Shown: positions 1 to 8,339 of the stretch, piece by piece
Numbering within the stretch: the first letter of the stretch is position 1
Layout: the number at the start of each line of letters is the position of its first letter
Source of the DNA: a virus
Taxonomy: Duplodnaviria; Caudoviricetes
Virus record (IMG/VR): IMGVR_UViG_3300037422_000484
Location: 1-24,413 of that record
DNA: 24,413 nucleotides
Strand: one strand, 5' to 3'
Notes under the pieces: generated by a model
Told to the model about the DNA's origin: nothing
The model's database searches: none
The model's input: only the letters and a program-made list of their open reading frames with translations
Translations under genes and position numbers: made by a program

Positions 1-2
1 CC

Positions 3-395
3 ACTAAATCGCAGCAAGAAGCGAAAGATCCTAAGGTGGAAAAACTGAAAGTTCTCTGGGTGCAGGCCGACAAACAGTTCTGGTCCAGTGATGATGTTCA
101 TTCCTATGTCCGGCATGAATTCAAAAAGGAATCGACGAATGATCTGACTGAGGAGGAATACACGAAGATCCGATCAGTTATAGCCGCAAACAGCAAGGCC
201 GCAGAGCCCATCACCAGCGAACAGATGGCCAAGCTCGTGGCACGGGCCGAGAAGAACGGGTGGGAGCAGGATCAATTCAACGCCATCTTCCCGATCGATT
301 ATCCAGGAAAGACGATCGGACGTCAGCAGCTCAAAACAATCTGGAATAAGGTCGGTATCGTCCAAAAGAAAGAGACATCTGGTGAGCAAAACTAA
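3..395 (+). CDS. 5'-truncated phage protein, possibly the C-terminal helical tail of a recombination/single-strand annealing protein
   Basis: Frame is open back to the window edge (TKSQQEAKDPKVEKL...). STNDLTEEEY and ITSEQMAKL resemble helical motifs in tails of phage ERF/Sak-type proteins; no catalytic domain is visible. Confidence 0.45.
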   Translation, partial: TKSQQEAKDPKVEKLKVLWVQADKQFWSSDDVHSYVRHEFKKESTNDLTEEEYTKIRSVIAANSKAAEPITSEQMAKLVARAEKNGWEQDQFNAIFPIDYPGKTIGRQQLKTIWNKVGIVQKKETSGEQN

Positions 396-422
396 TGGAT
401 TTATGGAAGCACAGGAGGAACA

Positions 423-941
423 ATGATGATGGATATGAATGACGTGAAAACCAAAGGCGGGGATGAGATTTTCGAGCTCATCCATGACGAAGTCACGAAA
501 GGATCCGCTATTAAACCAACCTGCGAATCGGTAGGGGTGAATTTCTCATCCTATTATGACTGGCTCCGCAGAACAGGAAGGTACCAATCGACGAAGGGTC
601 TCATATGCCAAAACAAGCTGGCCAAAAAAATAAAAGTATCCAACACTACCCTTCGACGTCTGCGCCTTAATCAGGAAGGACCTCCGTTTAAGCAGATAGG
701 GAAACGGTTTTATTATTCGATGAAGGAACTGAAGGAGTCTGGCTGGCTGGCAAAGCTATCGGGTCGCCCAGAGCAATCGGCGCCAACACCAAAACCTTCT
801 GTAAAAAGAACAAAGGCAGATCCCACCCCACAAATGCCACGAATAGCGCCATCAAGGGAGGTGGTTGTACAGATGAACGGGATCACGTTTACAGGTCGCC
901 TGAAAAAGATCGCGCAATTTCTGGTGGATCAAAATGGCTAA
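423..941 (+). CDS. DNA-binding protein with two HTH units (excisionase/AlpA/MerR-like winged HTH)
   Basis: SD AGGAGG upstream. N-terminal IKPTCESVGVNFSSYYDWLRR and central QNKLAKKIKVSNTTLRRLRLNQEGPPFKQIGKRFYY (Xis-like HTH plus wing), then a Pro-rich linker. Confidence 0.75.
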   Translation: MMMDMNDVKTKGGDEIFELIHDEVTKGSAIKPTCESVGVNFSSYYDWLRRTGRYQSTKGLICQNKLAKKIKVSNTTLRRLRLNQEGPPFKQIGKRFYYSMKELKESGWLAKLSGRPEQSAPTPKPSVKRTKADPTPQMPRIAPSREVVVQMNGITFTGRLKKIAQFLVDQNG

Positions 942-1227
942 GATTAAACAATGGGAATACGATCACCCATCCGAAGACATCCGGGAATCAGAGCGGCTCA
1001 CCGAGATCGTCCTCTCACGCTCGTGCGATCTGGCAGAAGCCAAAAAGAATCTGGACAGCATTGAGTCATGTATCCGGCAAATTATTCACCTCCGAAAAGA
1101 GCCCCGTCTGGATCGCGCATTTCGGACGAATAGAGTGTCGTTCGATATCTTCTTTAACGGTTTGACCAGAAGCCTCAGAAAGGCGCAGGAAACACTGGTA
1201 TGGCTCGAAAACGAGGCGCGCCCGTGA
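934..1227 (+). CDS. hypothetical helical protein
   Basis: Overlaps the previous stop; 97-aa ORF in an operon-like chain. Confidence 0.6.
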   Translation: MAKIKQWEYDHPSEDIRESERLTEIVLSRSCDLAEAKKNLDSIESCIRQIIHLRKEPRLDRAFRTNRVSFDIFFNGLTRSLRKAQETLVWLENEARP

Positions 1228-1340
1228 AGGGGCGTGACATTAAAATCAATGTACCTGTGATCGCCAGGCGGGACTGGGCCCGCCTGGCGTATCCGGGTAA
1301 GGCGGAGAGAAAGTCACCGAAATTCGGAGGAGGAAAAACG

Positions 1341-1559
1341 ATGTGGGCGATATTGGCAATTGCAATGATACTCGGGACCGATCTTAGGGTGGCCGATGGT
1401 GAGGAGTTGGGCTCCGTCGATTACGGCGAGAACTATCTGACCGTCACGACCCCGGACGTTCCGGAGGCGAACATCGATACCGAGAACAATGAGATCGTTT
1501 TTGAGAACAAGCCAACCGAAGAGACGGAGCAGTCCGATGAGCTTCCTGAAACGCCCTGA
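1341..1559 (+). CDS. small acidic protein with N-terminal hydrophobic segment
   Basis: Strong SD GGAGGAGG before ATG 1341 (in frame with track ORF 1200..1559). MWAILAIAMILG is followed by a D/E-rich body. Alternative start GTG 1224. Confidence 0.6.
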   Translation: MWAILAIAMILGTDLRVADGEELGSVDYGENYLTVTTPDVPEANIDTENNEIVFENKPTEETEQSDELPETP

Positions 1560-1845
1560 GCTCTCAATTTTAGTCATATTAATGGTCGCGTTGCTTTCTG
1601 TTTTGTATAGCCAAAAGACACCCGAGGACTTATTGCAGGAGTGTATGGATTCGCTCAACTCTTTGGGAGGCGCCACTTTCATTGGGCGTGATGTCGGGAG
1701 GGACGTAACTGACATGGAACCATGGAGGGGTGTTTATTGCTTTAGGAATACGGTTGATGTTTTAGAAGTGTGTAGGCAACTCAAAAATAATCCGTCCAGA
1801 AAAGTCGATTTGGATTTGATATTTCCAGGTGAAAAAAACAAGTGA
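1537..1845 (+). CDS. membrane-anchored hypothetical protein
   Basis: GGAG before ATG 1537; TM segment LSILVILMVALLSVLY. Confidence 0.6.
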   Translation: MSFLKRPELSILVILMVALLSVLYSQKTPEDLLQECMDSLNSLGGATFIGRDVGRDVTDMEPWRGVYCFRNTVDVLEVCRQLKNNPSRKVDLDLIFPGEKNK

Positions 1846-2111
1846 TCGGAGCAGGAAACGATATGGAAAAAGTGAAGTTAGGCCAGAAAGTAAGGGACAA
1901 AATCAGCGGGTTTTCCGGGATCGTCACATCCTACGCAAAGCATCTGAACGGCTGTGATCGTGCCTGGATTTCGCCTCCGGTAGACAAAGACGGAAAGCTG
2001 ATGGATGGATCTTGGTTTGACGTGGTTCAGCTTGAGGCCATCGAAGAAGCCGCACTGGTTACACAGCAGACAAACGAAAAGCTGGGCGGTCCGGTATCGA
2101 AGATCAAATGA
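1842..2111 (+). CDS. conserved phage hypothetical protein (small SH3-like beta fold)
   Basis: LGQKVRDKISGFSGIV...LNGC...DGK...WFD pattern recurrent in phages; GTGA overlap. Confidence 0.75.
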   Translation: MIGAGNDMEKVKLGQKVRDKISGFSGIVTSYAKHLNGCDRAWISPPVDKDGKLMDGSWFDVVQLEAIEEAALVTQQTNEKLGGPVSKIK

Positions 2112-2139
2112 TTTTCGGAAATCCAGGAGAAAAGAAATT

Positions 2140-2550
2140 ATGAGCAGAAGCGGATATTGTGAGGATGGCGACTACTTAGATCTATATAGGGCTTCGGTGG
2201 ACAGAGCTATCGACGGAAAAAGAGGGCAGGCTTTTTTGAAGGATCTTGCTTCAGCCATGGATGCGATGCCGGTAAAGCGACTCATAGCAAATGAACTTGA
2301 AAACGAAGTCGGTGAAATCTGTGCAATCGGCGCGGTTTGCAGGGCGCGCGGGCTCGATATCTCTAAAATCGACTATGAAGAGCCAGAGAAGGTCGGTAAA
2401 GCGGTGGGAATCGCAAGGTCTATGGCCGCTGAAATCGAATATGAAAATGATGAGGGTGGTCCTCCAGCTTGGCAGACAGGAAAGCGAGAAACTCCGGAAG
2501 AGCGCTGGATGAGGATGCGCAGGTGGGTCGAGGAGAATATCAAAAAGTGA
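2140..2550 (+). CDS. conserved phage hypothetical protein
   Basis: SD AGGAG. MSRSGY...AIDGKRGQAFLKDL...DAMPVKRLI...CAIGA...AEIEYEND...ETPEERW is a recurrent phage family of unknown function. Confidence 0.8.
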   Translation: MSRSGYCEDGDYLDLYRASVDRAIDGKRGQAFLKDLASAMDAMPVKRLIANELENEVGEICAIGAVCRARGLDISKIDYEEPEKVGKAVGIARSMAAEIEYENDEGGPPAWQTGKRETPEERWMRMRRWVEENIKK

Positions 2551-2765
2551 GTTGGGTTCATCTTAATGATGGGTTCGGGCGCGAGATCTATCTGCTCAAA
2601 TCATCGGTCCGCGCTGTCGAAGTCCTGAATGATATCCAAGTAATGGTAATCACCAATGCAGCCCAGTATCAATTTGGTATCGAGCAGAAGGGGGAAATCC
2701 TTCACAAATTGACAGATATCGTCGTCCCAAAGCCCGCCCCAATCGACGACGATATTCCGTTTTAG
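2547..2765 (+). CDS. 72-aa protein ending in SSB-type acidic tip DDDIPF
   Basis: GTGA overlap with the previous stop; C-terminus PKPAPIDDDIPF. Confidence 0.7.
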   Translation: MSWVHLNDGFGREIYLLKSSVRAVEVLNDIQVMVITNAAQYQFGIEQKGEILHKLTDIVVPKPAPIDDDIPF

Positions 2766-2996
2766 GAGTGTGAAAAAAATGAAGATGCGACAGGAATTCA
2801 TACAAGACGCGAAGATCGTCGTTGGAATTATAACCAAATGGGATTTGCGGCTTGGGTCAGTAGATAATATGCGTGATCAATTGAAACCAAACAGCCTGCT
2901 TAACTACGCAGAATCGTGCAGTGCCGGTTTGTTTTTAGAAATAATGCACTGGGCTGTTTCAACCGGTTGGCCGGGCGCCGTGATACACTTGCTTCT

Positions 2997-3242
2997 ATGC
3001 ACACCACAGAAACAAACATCTACGGCCCACACCTCGGTGGCTGCAAAGAAGCGGAAGCGAAATGGCCGGGGCTCCGGTTCACGCACTGCTGCCAAGGCTG
3101 CCACTCGGCGGTCCAGGCCCAAGCGGGCGCGGAGTTTGTAGAGGTCATCGTTGAGAACGAGGGATATTATACGGTCTGCTGCACAATCGCGAACACGATA
3201 GGGAAGATCATGGGTGGACTCAGGGATTTGAAGGATAAATGA
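2997..3242 (+). CDS. Cys-rich putative Zn-binding protein
   Basis: GC...HCCQGCH...VCC; ATGA overlap with the next gene. Start uncertain (track gives 2916). Confidence 0.55.
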   Translation: MHTTETNIYGPHLGGCKEAEAKWPGLRFTHCCQGCHSAVQAQAGAEFVEVIVENEGYYTVCCTIANTIGKIMGGLRDLKDK

Positions 3243-3499
3243 GCTTCGAATGTGAAGACGTGACGCTCATCTTTGGGGAATATAAGGGGGCGACTTTGGC
3301 CGAGGTCTATAAAGACAACCCCGGATATGTTCTCTGGCTCAGGGAGAATGCCACGAATGAATGGCTCAAATCCCGAGTTGAACGATATCTCTCGGCAGTT
3401 GAGGCAGATCGGAAACGAAGAATTGGAGGCAAAAATGACAACGCAAGAACTGGAAAATCGGATCGAGACGCTCCGTCTCGTTCTATCAAAGGCACATGA
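3239..3499 (+). CDS. small FG(K/E)YKG-motif domain protein (DUF3820/ExoX C-terminal-like)
   Basis: LIFGEYKGATLAEV..DNPGYVLWL matches the FGKYKG...P.Y..W module. Confidence 0.7.
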   Translation: MSFECEDVTLIFGEYKGATLAEVYKDNPGYVLWLRENATNEWLKSRVERYLSAVEADRKRRIGGKNDNARTGKSDRDAPSRSIKGT

Positions 3500-3776
3500 G
3501 GCAATGGAGGGAATTGATGGCGCGATGAACATGCTCTCGCGCGACGCCTTCGAGGAGATCAAAGAGGGTGTGGATCAGGCCGCGATGGCGATATCCTGGT
3601 CGTGGGCCAAGGAGCAGATCAGGTTCACATTGATCGAGGACAATCTGGAGGCCAAAGATGATGGACAGAAAGCCGTTCACGTACAGGGGCAAGAAGAGGG
3701 CGATAGAGGCCAGGATCACGATACCGGCCCACATAATGGCACGCATCCTATCGCAGGGGTGCCTGCCTCATGTTGA
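3435..3776 (+). CDS. hypothetical coiled-coil protein
   Basis: SD GGAGG before ATG 3435; heptad pattern ELENRIETLRLVL. Confidence 0.6.
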   Translation: MTTQELENRIETLRLVLSKAHEAMEGIDGAMNMLSRDAFEEIKEGVDQAAMAISWSWAKEQIRFTLIEDNLEAKDDGQKAVHVQGQEEGDRGQDHDTGPHNGTHPIAGVPASC

Positions 3777-4005
3777 GCTCGACGCTGTCACGAGAGATAT
3801 CCTGATCTGGTCCGTTGAAGTGGATGCCGAGACCATGAGATCATTCCGATCCGGAACCAGTCCGGGGGTGGTCATTGCGTCTACATACGACGGAGAGGGA
3901 CGTCCTATCGGCAGTCGTGGCATACTTGACGCTGCTCTCCCAGAACAAGAAACTCATCTTTCGCAGAGTCAACGTAAGCCCGACCCTCCATGGCGGGACC
4001 AGTAA
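3658..4005 (+). CDS. hypothetical protein
   Basis: SD GGAGG upstream; long overlaps with both neighbours reduce certainty. Confidence 0.45.
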   Translation: MMDRKPFTYRGKKRAIEARITIPAHIMARILSQGCLPHVELDAVTRDILIWSVEVDAETMRSFRSGTSPGVVIASTYDGEGRPIGSRGILDAALPEQETHLSQSQRKPDPPWRDQ

Positions 4006-4228
4006 GAAGGCCAGATTCGCGCCCAATCCGAATAAGGGACGGGCAGATATCGATATCTGGGTGAAGAACGGGCCATATATCGCCCTTGAATTGAAGGCTC
4101 CAGGCGGAAAGCTCAGCGAGGCACAGATGGCCTTTCGGGATGAAATTCAAGCCGTAGGTCATCGATATGAAATCGCAGATTCATTGGATCGTGTCATCGA
4201 ATTAATGCATGAAGTCGGTGTGGCTTAG
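3875..4228 (+). CDS. VRR-NUC domain nuclease (putative Holliday junction resolvase)
   Basis: TERDV...GRADI...ALELKAPGGKLSEAQ..F is a PD-(D/E)xK VRR-NUC signature. Confidence 0.88.
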   Translation: MRLHTTERDVLSAVVAYLTLLSQNKKLIFRRVNVSPTLHGGTSKKARFAPNPNKGRADIDIWVKNGPYIALELKAPGGKLSEAQMAFRDEIQAVGHRYEIADSLDRVIELMHEVGVA

Positions 4229-4242
4229 GGTACACTTTCGCT

Positions 4243-4509
4243 ATGGACACAGCCCTATATTTCGTTTTCGGATACAACTTCGTCCTTTGGCTCATGATCT
4301 CGGTCCAAATCGCGGCAACGGATGAATGGTCGCGCGCGAAGGCCATTGTCTTTGGCATGTGCACATCATTCACTCTTCTCTACTTCCTGCTCCCGACCGA
4401 TCTCGATTCCATAGCCTTTCTCTTCTTCCTCGCTCCCCATACCGTATTCTCAACTTTCATATTCTGGAGCGTCTGGCGCTCGGAGAGGAGCTGTTATGGA
4501 GATCGTTGA
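4243..4509 (+). CDS. small membrane protein with three predicted TM helices (possible holin)
   Basis: Three hydrophobic stretches in 88 aa and a charged C-terminal tail. Confidence 0.6.
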   Translation: MDTALYFVFGYNFVLWLMISVQIAATDEWSRAKAIVFGMCTSFTLLYFLLPTDLDSIAFLFFLAPHTVFSTFIFWSVWRSERSCYGDR

Positions 4510-4792
4510 TTTCATCAGGCAGAACGGGGATAAGGTTTCGCTCTCGGTCCTGATGTCGGCCCTTCTTATCGCCACCCGATGGTTCTGGACCGAATACAGA
4601 AAGCAGCACGAGGACCACAAACGGGAGATGCGAGAGATTACCGACGGATGTGAGACTCGGCTCACGGGACTGACTCAACAGCTCTTCGATGTCATCGACA
4701 AGAACACGGAGGCCTTCACCCGGCACACGGAATCGGTCAACCGCAACACCGACGTCGCCTCCCAGCTGAAGGAAAGGTTGAGCCAGAAATGA
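4496..4792 (+). CDS. single-TM plus coiled-coil protein (BhlA-like holin architecture)
   Basis: SD GAGGAG; VSLSVLMSALLIATRWFW followed by a long charged helix. Confidence 0.6.
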   Translation: MEIVDFIRQNGDKVSLSVLMSALLIATRWFWTEYRKQHEDHKREMREITDGCETRLTGLTQQLFDVIDKNTEAFTRHTESVNRNTDVASQLKERLSQK

Positions 4793-4881
4793 CGACGGAA
4801 CGGTTATTCACCATGTTCTGGGCCGCCATTGCAATCCATCTCTCCATGATCGTGGGATACTGGATCATCCTCTTCTACTGA
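4789..4881 (+). CDS. 30-aa single-TM peptide (not in ORF track)
   Basis: ATGA overlap; MTTERLFTMFWAAIAIHLSMIVGYWIILFY*. Confidence 0.55.
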   Translation: MTTERLFTMFWAAIAIHLSMIVGYWIILFY

Positions 4882-5099
4882 ACCGCGAACAGCCAATCGA
4901 GTCCGCGGTAACAGACGTACATTAGGCCCCAGAGAATCGACAGCGCCCCAAGATCTGACGCCAGTCCGCTGAGTCGGATCTCGATCCGCTGCGTACGGGA
5001 CTCACGGCGCAGGATATCCACAGACTGCTCGAGATCCTCCAGCTTGTCGCAGAGCTGATCCAGTCTTTTCGAAATATAATTCGCGTCTTCCATGCGCAC
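4875..5099 (-). CDS. coiled-coil protein with C-terminal TM segment
   Basis: ISKRLDQLCDKLEDLEQSV heptads then LGALSILWGLMYVCY; fills the gap on the opposite strand. Confidence 0.6.
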   Translation of the reverse strand: MRMEDANYISKRLDQLCDKLEDLEQSVDILRRESRTQRIEIRLSGLASDLGALSILWGLMYVCYRGLDWLFAVQ

Positions 5100-5121
5100 C
5101 GATATATCACATCATGCGCTG

Positions 5122-5130
5122 TGTTAGAAT
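5122..5130 (+). promoter_or_regulatory. candidate extended -10 promoter element
   Basis: TG-T-TAGAAT in the divergent intergenic region, about 70 bp upstream of the phosphoesterase. Confidence 0.35.
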
Positions 5131-5196
5131 GGAAATCGAGGCCACAGGGCGCCGGAAACCGACAAACCCCCAAATCATTCATCGCCAGGAGCCAGG

Positions 5197-5925
5197 ATGC
5201 CGGATCCCAATGAAATCGTGCTCGTGATCCCGGATCTCCAATCCCCGTTCGAGCACCCTGATGCGCTTGAATTCTGCGTCGAGGTCAAAAAGCGCTTCCG
5301 CCCGACCCGCATCGTCTGCGTGGGTGATGAGGCCGATAAGCATGGGCTCTCGGACTACGATAAGGATCCGGACGGGCTCTCGCCCGGCCACGAGCTGGAA
5401 AAGTGCATTGAGCACCTCCAGGGCTGGTATAAGGCCTTCCCAAAGGTCAGCGTCTGCACATCGAACCACACCGATCGTATCTTTAGAAAAGCATATCGCT
5501 ACGGCATACCGGTCGCTTACCTCAAGACATACCGCGAATTTCTCGGGGCGCCGAAGGGCTGGCAGTGGCGAGACGATTGGTTCATCGACGGCGTTCGGTA
5601 TGAGCATGGGCACGCCCTCTCGTCATCTGGGAGTGGGAGGAGTGCGTCCTTCCATCTCCCTCTCCTCAACAGGCAGTCGACCGTCTTCGGTCACTTCCAC
5701 TCGTACGCCGGCATCCAGTACGTTTTCACGGAGAACGGGCTGATGATGTTCGGTTTCAATGTGGGCTGCCTCATCGACAAGGAACAATACGCGTTCCAGT
5801 ACGGAAAGAAGTACAAGCAAAAGCCCGTCTTAGGCTGCGGGATCCTCATCAGGGGCGTGCCCATGTTCATTCCATTAATGCTCGACCGCTATGGGCGGTG
5901 GATCGGAGATCTGCCGAGGTTCTAG
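5197..5925 (+). CDS. calcineurin-like metallophosphoesterase
   Basis: Motifs IPDLQ, GDEAD, SNH, HGH, GHFH and NVGCL in canonical order. Confidence 0.9.
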   Translation: MPDPNEIVLVIPDLQSPFEHPDALEFCVEVKKRFRPTRIVCVGDEADKHGLSDYDKDPDGLSPGHELEKCIEHLQGWYKAFPKVSVCTSNHTDRIFRKAYRYGIPVAYLKTYREFLGAPKGWQWRDDWFIDGVRYEHGHALSSSGSGRSASFHLPLLNRQSTVFGHFHSYAGIQYVFTENGLMMFGFNVGCLIDKEQYAFQYGKKYKQKPVLGCGILIRGVPMFIPLMLDRYGRWIGDLPRF

Positions 5926-5938
5926 GAGGAGAAATCGC

Positions 5939-6223
5939 ATGAGATATCCGAAAGCCTTTACGGTTGGCGCCTACATTTACCGAGTAGTTTGGGTGCGCGC
6001 ATTCGATGACATCGATACGATGGGCGAATGCGATCCGGTTAGGCTTGAGATCCGGATCCGAAAGAACCTCTCCAAGAAGAAAAAAGCAGAGACGTTTCTC
6101 CACGAGTGCCTTCACGCGATTGCGTTCGCATATGGGATAGAGGAACTGACCGAGGAGGTCATAGAGGCGATTGATCGGCCGATCTATATGGCACTCAAGG
6201 CAAACAAACTGATTCCGAAGTAG
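5939..6223 (+). CDS. small zincin-like HExxH protein
   Basis: SD AGGAGG; MGEC...IRI...ETFLHECLHAI...EE. Confidence 0.8.
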   Translation: MRYPKAFTVGAYIYRVVWVRAFDDIDTMGECDPVRLEIRIRKNLSKKKKAETFLHECLHAIAFAYGIEELTEEVIEAIDRPIYMALKANKLIPK

Positions 6224-6225
6224 CT

Positions 6226-6501
6226 CTATTCAGAATCTTTCTTGGGCTTCTTAGGCTTCTCGGCTGCGGGCTTTTCTGACCTGGGCGCCTTCGGAGCCTC
6301 TGCGGGCTCAGATCGCTTGGCCTTCGCTGGGGGATGGTATTTCTCTACGTGCTGGTGGGGGAGCTCGTGTGTCTCGCCGTTCTCGAGTTCACAGATATAG
6401 GAGACCCCCTTGGTGCCGCGGCCCTTGTACTGGCCAACCAGCCCCTGAAACCGGCCCCTCTGCACCTTCACAAGCCCCGTGTAGTCTTTAGCGATGATCA
6501 T
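6226..6501 (-). CDS. hypothetical protein, KOW/SH3-like core with Lys/Pro/Ala-rich tail
   Basis: VKVQRGRFQGLVG motif; low-complexity C-terminus; ATGA overlap. Confidence 0.6.
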   Translation of the reverse strand: MIIAKDYTGLVKVQRGRFQGLVGQYKGRGTKGVSYICELENGETHELPHQHVEKYHPPAKAKRSEPAEAPKAPRSEKPAAEKPKKPKKDSE

Positions 6502-6770
6502 TTCGACGCCCTCCTCATGTCGTTGGGTCGAGTCACTATCCTATCCTCTGCCGCACCCTCGAGCAGCTCAATTTTTCGACGCAGGTACCAGACGGCCTTC
6601 TCTAGATCTTGGATCTCGTTCCCTTTGTGCCGGGCGCGCGCGATATACTTCACCGCATTCGCCTCGTGGAGACCAAGGGACCAGTCCTCCAGGGCCTCGA
6701 TGACCTCGATCTTTCCTTGGTTATAGTGTGCGGGGTGATTTATTGCGTCACGCTTCAGCTTGTGCTTCAC
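6498..6770 (-). CDS. DUF3310 protein (T7 gp1.7 nucleotide kinase-related)
   Basis: DAINHPAHY..GKIEVIE...NAVKYIARA.HKG...DLEKAVWYL. Confidence 0.92.
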   Translation of the reverse strand: MKHKLKRDAINHPAHYNQGKIEVIEALEDWSLGLHEANAVKYIARARHKGNEIQDLEKAVWYLRRKIELLEGAAEDRIVTRPNDMRRASK

Positions 6771-6973
6771 GGCAACCCCAGCTCTTTTTTCAGCTCCTGC
6801 ACCGCGAGGTCTAGTGTGTTCCCAATCGGAGCATCAGGAATCATGGCCTGGGTAATCTCATGCCGTGATACCATCTTTGTGTTGATCAAAGAGTTCGTTT
6901 CCACCCCGTTCTCAACCCATGCCACGCGAACCAATATCCTCATTCCGGTAAAGCCTTCATCTCGCTCAGTCAT
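6767..6973 (-). CDS. hypothetical protein
   Basis: 4-bp overlaps at both ends. Confidence 0.6.
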   Translation of the reverse strand: MTERDEGFTGMRILVRVAWVENGVETNSLINTKMVSRHEITQAMIPDAPIGNTLDLAVQELKKELGLP

Positions 6974-7374
6974 ATTCCACTCCCTAACATCAGCGGCATG
7001 TTCCCGCTCTTATAAGCCTCATCGATCTGCGGAGCCATCCATTGGCTCACAGTAGACCCGTCTGGCAATAGAATGTGTGCCATAAACTCCTCCTCAAACG
7101 TCGCGATCCCACTAGCCACAACTTCAAGTTTTGCCTTAATGGCGAGTAGCAAACACCGCCAGAGCCGCCGTTTCTCGGAATCGTTAGCCTCGCCCAGATC
7201 CAGATCAAATTTCACTCGGCGACCGTGCGCCTGAAACACCAGGACGGCGACGGTTCCTTTCCAACCAGACACAAAGGAGTCAGCTCCATATCGAGATAAG
7301 AGACCCTCAATCTCCATCCGAGATTTCTCCGGCGGCACAACTGTGCCGTAAGCATATTTCTTTGATCTGTTCAT
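6970..7374 (-). CDS. conserved phage hypothetical protein
   Basis: YA.GT.V..EKSR.EIE.LL.RYGA...WR.LLL.IKAKLE.V.SGI.TFEEEF.AHI.LPDG.TV is a recurrent phage family. Confidence 0.8.
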   Translation of the reverse strand: MNRSKKYAYGTVVPPEKSRMEIEGLLSRYGADSFVSGWKGTVAVLVFQAHGRRVKFDLDLGEANDSEKRRLWRCLLLAIKAKLEVVASGIATFEEEFMAHILLPDGSTVSQWMAPQIDEAYKSGNMPLMLGSGI

Positions 7375-7724
7375 TCTGGCGACATCTTTATTTTCTCGAA
7401 ATGGGAGCGGGCTTTTAGTCCGTGATCCGCTCGTAATCGACCTGTGGGATGAAAGGAAATTCCCAGAGACTTCCCTCTTTCGATCACTATGGCATGCGAC
7501 TCACCAAACTCATCAATTCGGTGCCCGATTTCCCCGCCCTCAGCAATGACCTGGCGCTCAATCCATCTTTCTTTGTCTGCATAAAATCTCAACGCATCCT
7601 CCGCAGATTTGATGCGCAACACGAGGCGACGAACGTCTTCATAGATATCACTCGCCGGACCCACCGAAAGAGTTAGCCGAATCTCCTCGTCGGATATCAA
7701 CTTCTCTTCCGTCATCTCATTCAT
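7371..7724 (-). CDS. hypothetical protein, paralog of 10931..11170
   Basis: ISDEEI...RIKSAEDALRFYAD...ARSHF; coupled overlaps. Confidence 0.7.
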   Translation of the reverse strand: MNEMTEEKLISDEEIRLTLSVGPASDIYEDVRRLVLRIKSAEDALRFYADKERWIERQVIAEGGEIGHRIDEFGESHAIVIERGKSLGISFHPTGRLRADHGLKARSHFEKIKMSPE

Positions 7725-7897
7725 CGTCGCCGCTCCATCCGCTTTCGAAGCTGGTTTCTAGATAGGCCCAGCTTTTTCTGTACTTTTTTCTCTCCAAATT
7801 TCTCCACGAAGATACGAAGAACCTCAGCATCGTAGGCGCGAAGCTCGTCCGGAGACATTCTTGAAAAGCAGATTTCGCTGTACGTCTTCTGTGTCAT
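7721..7897 (-). CDS. small HTH-like protein
   Basis: ATGA overlap at 7894-7897; EKKVQKKLGLSRNQLRKRM resembles a Fis-type HTH. Confidence 0.6.
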   Translation of the reverse strand: MTQKTYSEICFSRMSPDELRAYDAEVLRIFVEKFGEKKVQKKLGLSRNQLRKRMERRR

Positions 7898-8106
7898 TGC
7901 TTTGTTTTCATGGGCCAAAACAGGTGTCCGGAAACCGCGCCAAACGTAAAGGCAACAATCGGTGAAACCTGAGCCACGTTCGTCAGCCAATTTGAGACCG
8001 AGCTGCCCACGCCGCCGAAAGTGACTGATCCGAGGTCATATAGCGCGAAACCTATTAAAACAATAAACGTAATGAGAGAGGTACGATTCATTGTGTATTC
8101 TTTCAT
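7894..8106 (-). CDS. small two-TM membrane protein
   Basis: GGAG before ATG 8106; two hydrophobic segments ending GHLFWP. Confidence 0.65.
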   Translation of the reverse strand: MKEYTMNRTSLITFIVLIGFALYDLGSVTFGGVGSSVSNWLTNVAQVSPIVAFTFGAVSGHLFWPMKTKQ

Positions 8107-8129
8107 TGAGGCTCTCCACAGGAACGGAA

Positions 8130-8339
8130 TCATCCGTTTTCCCTCCACCACTTTCGACAGGACGCGATCAACTCGGCCGGCATCCTCTGCCCGTTTCTCT
8201 CACAAAGAGAGATCTGAAGCTTTAAATTATCGGGCAGCATCTCCATGTGTCGCCAGCAACATAGGTCGGACTGATCTTTCGGGACTCGACACTTCGTCGC
8301 CCTTCCTTCTATTCCACATTCAATCGGTCTAGGTCGCAT
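8130..8339 (-). CDS. putative Zn-binding protein
   Basis: C...C...CCWRH..MLP..L pattern. Confidence 0.6.
   Translation of the reverse strand: MRPRPIECGIEGRATKCRVPKDQSDLCCWRHMEMLPDNLKLQISLCERNGQRMPAELIASCRKWWRENG

Noticed and set aside
423-941. IS66 TnpA-like insertion sequence gene
   Set aside because: No transposase, terminal inverted repeats or target duplication nearby.
2770-3141. 123-aa ORF with basic tail
   Set aside because: Its 3' half overlaps the better-supported Cys-rich ORF and no motif is recognisable; left uncalled.
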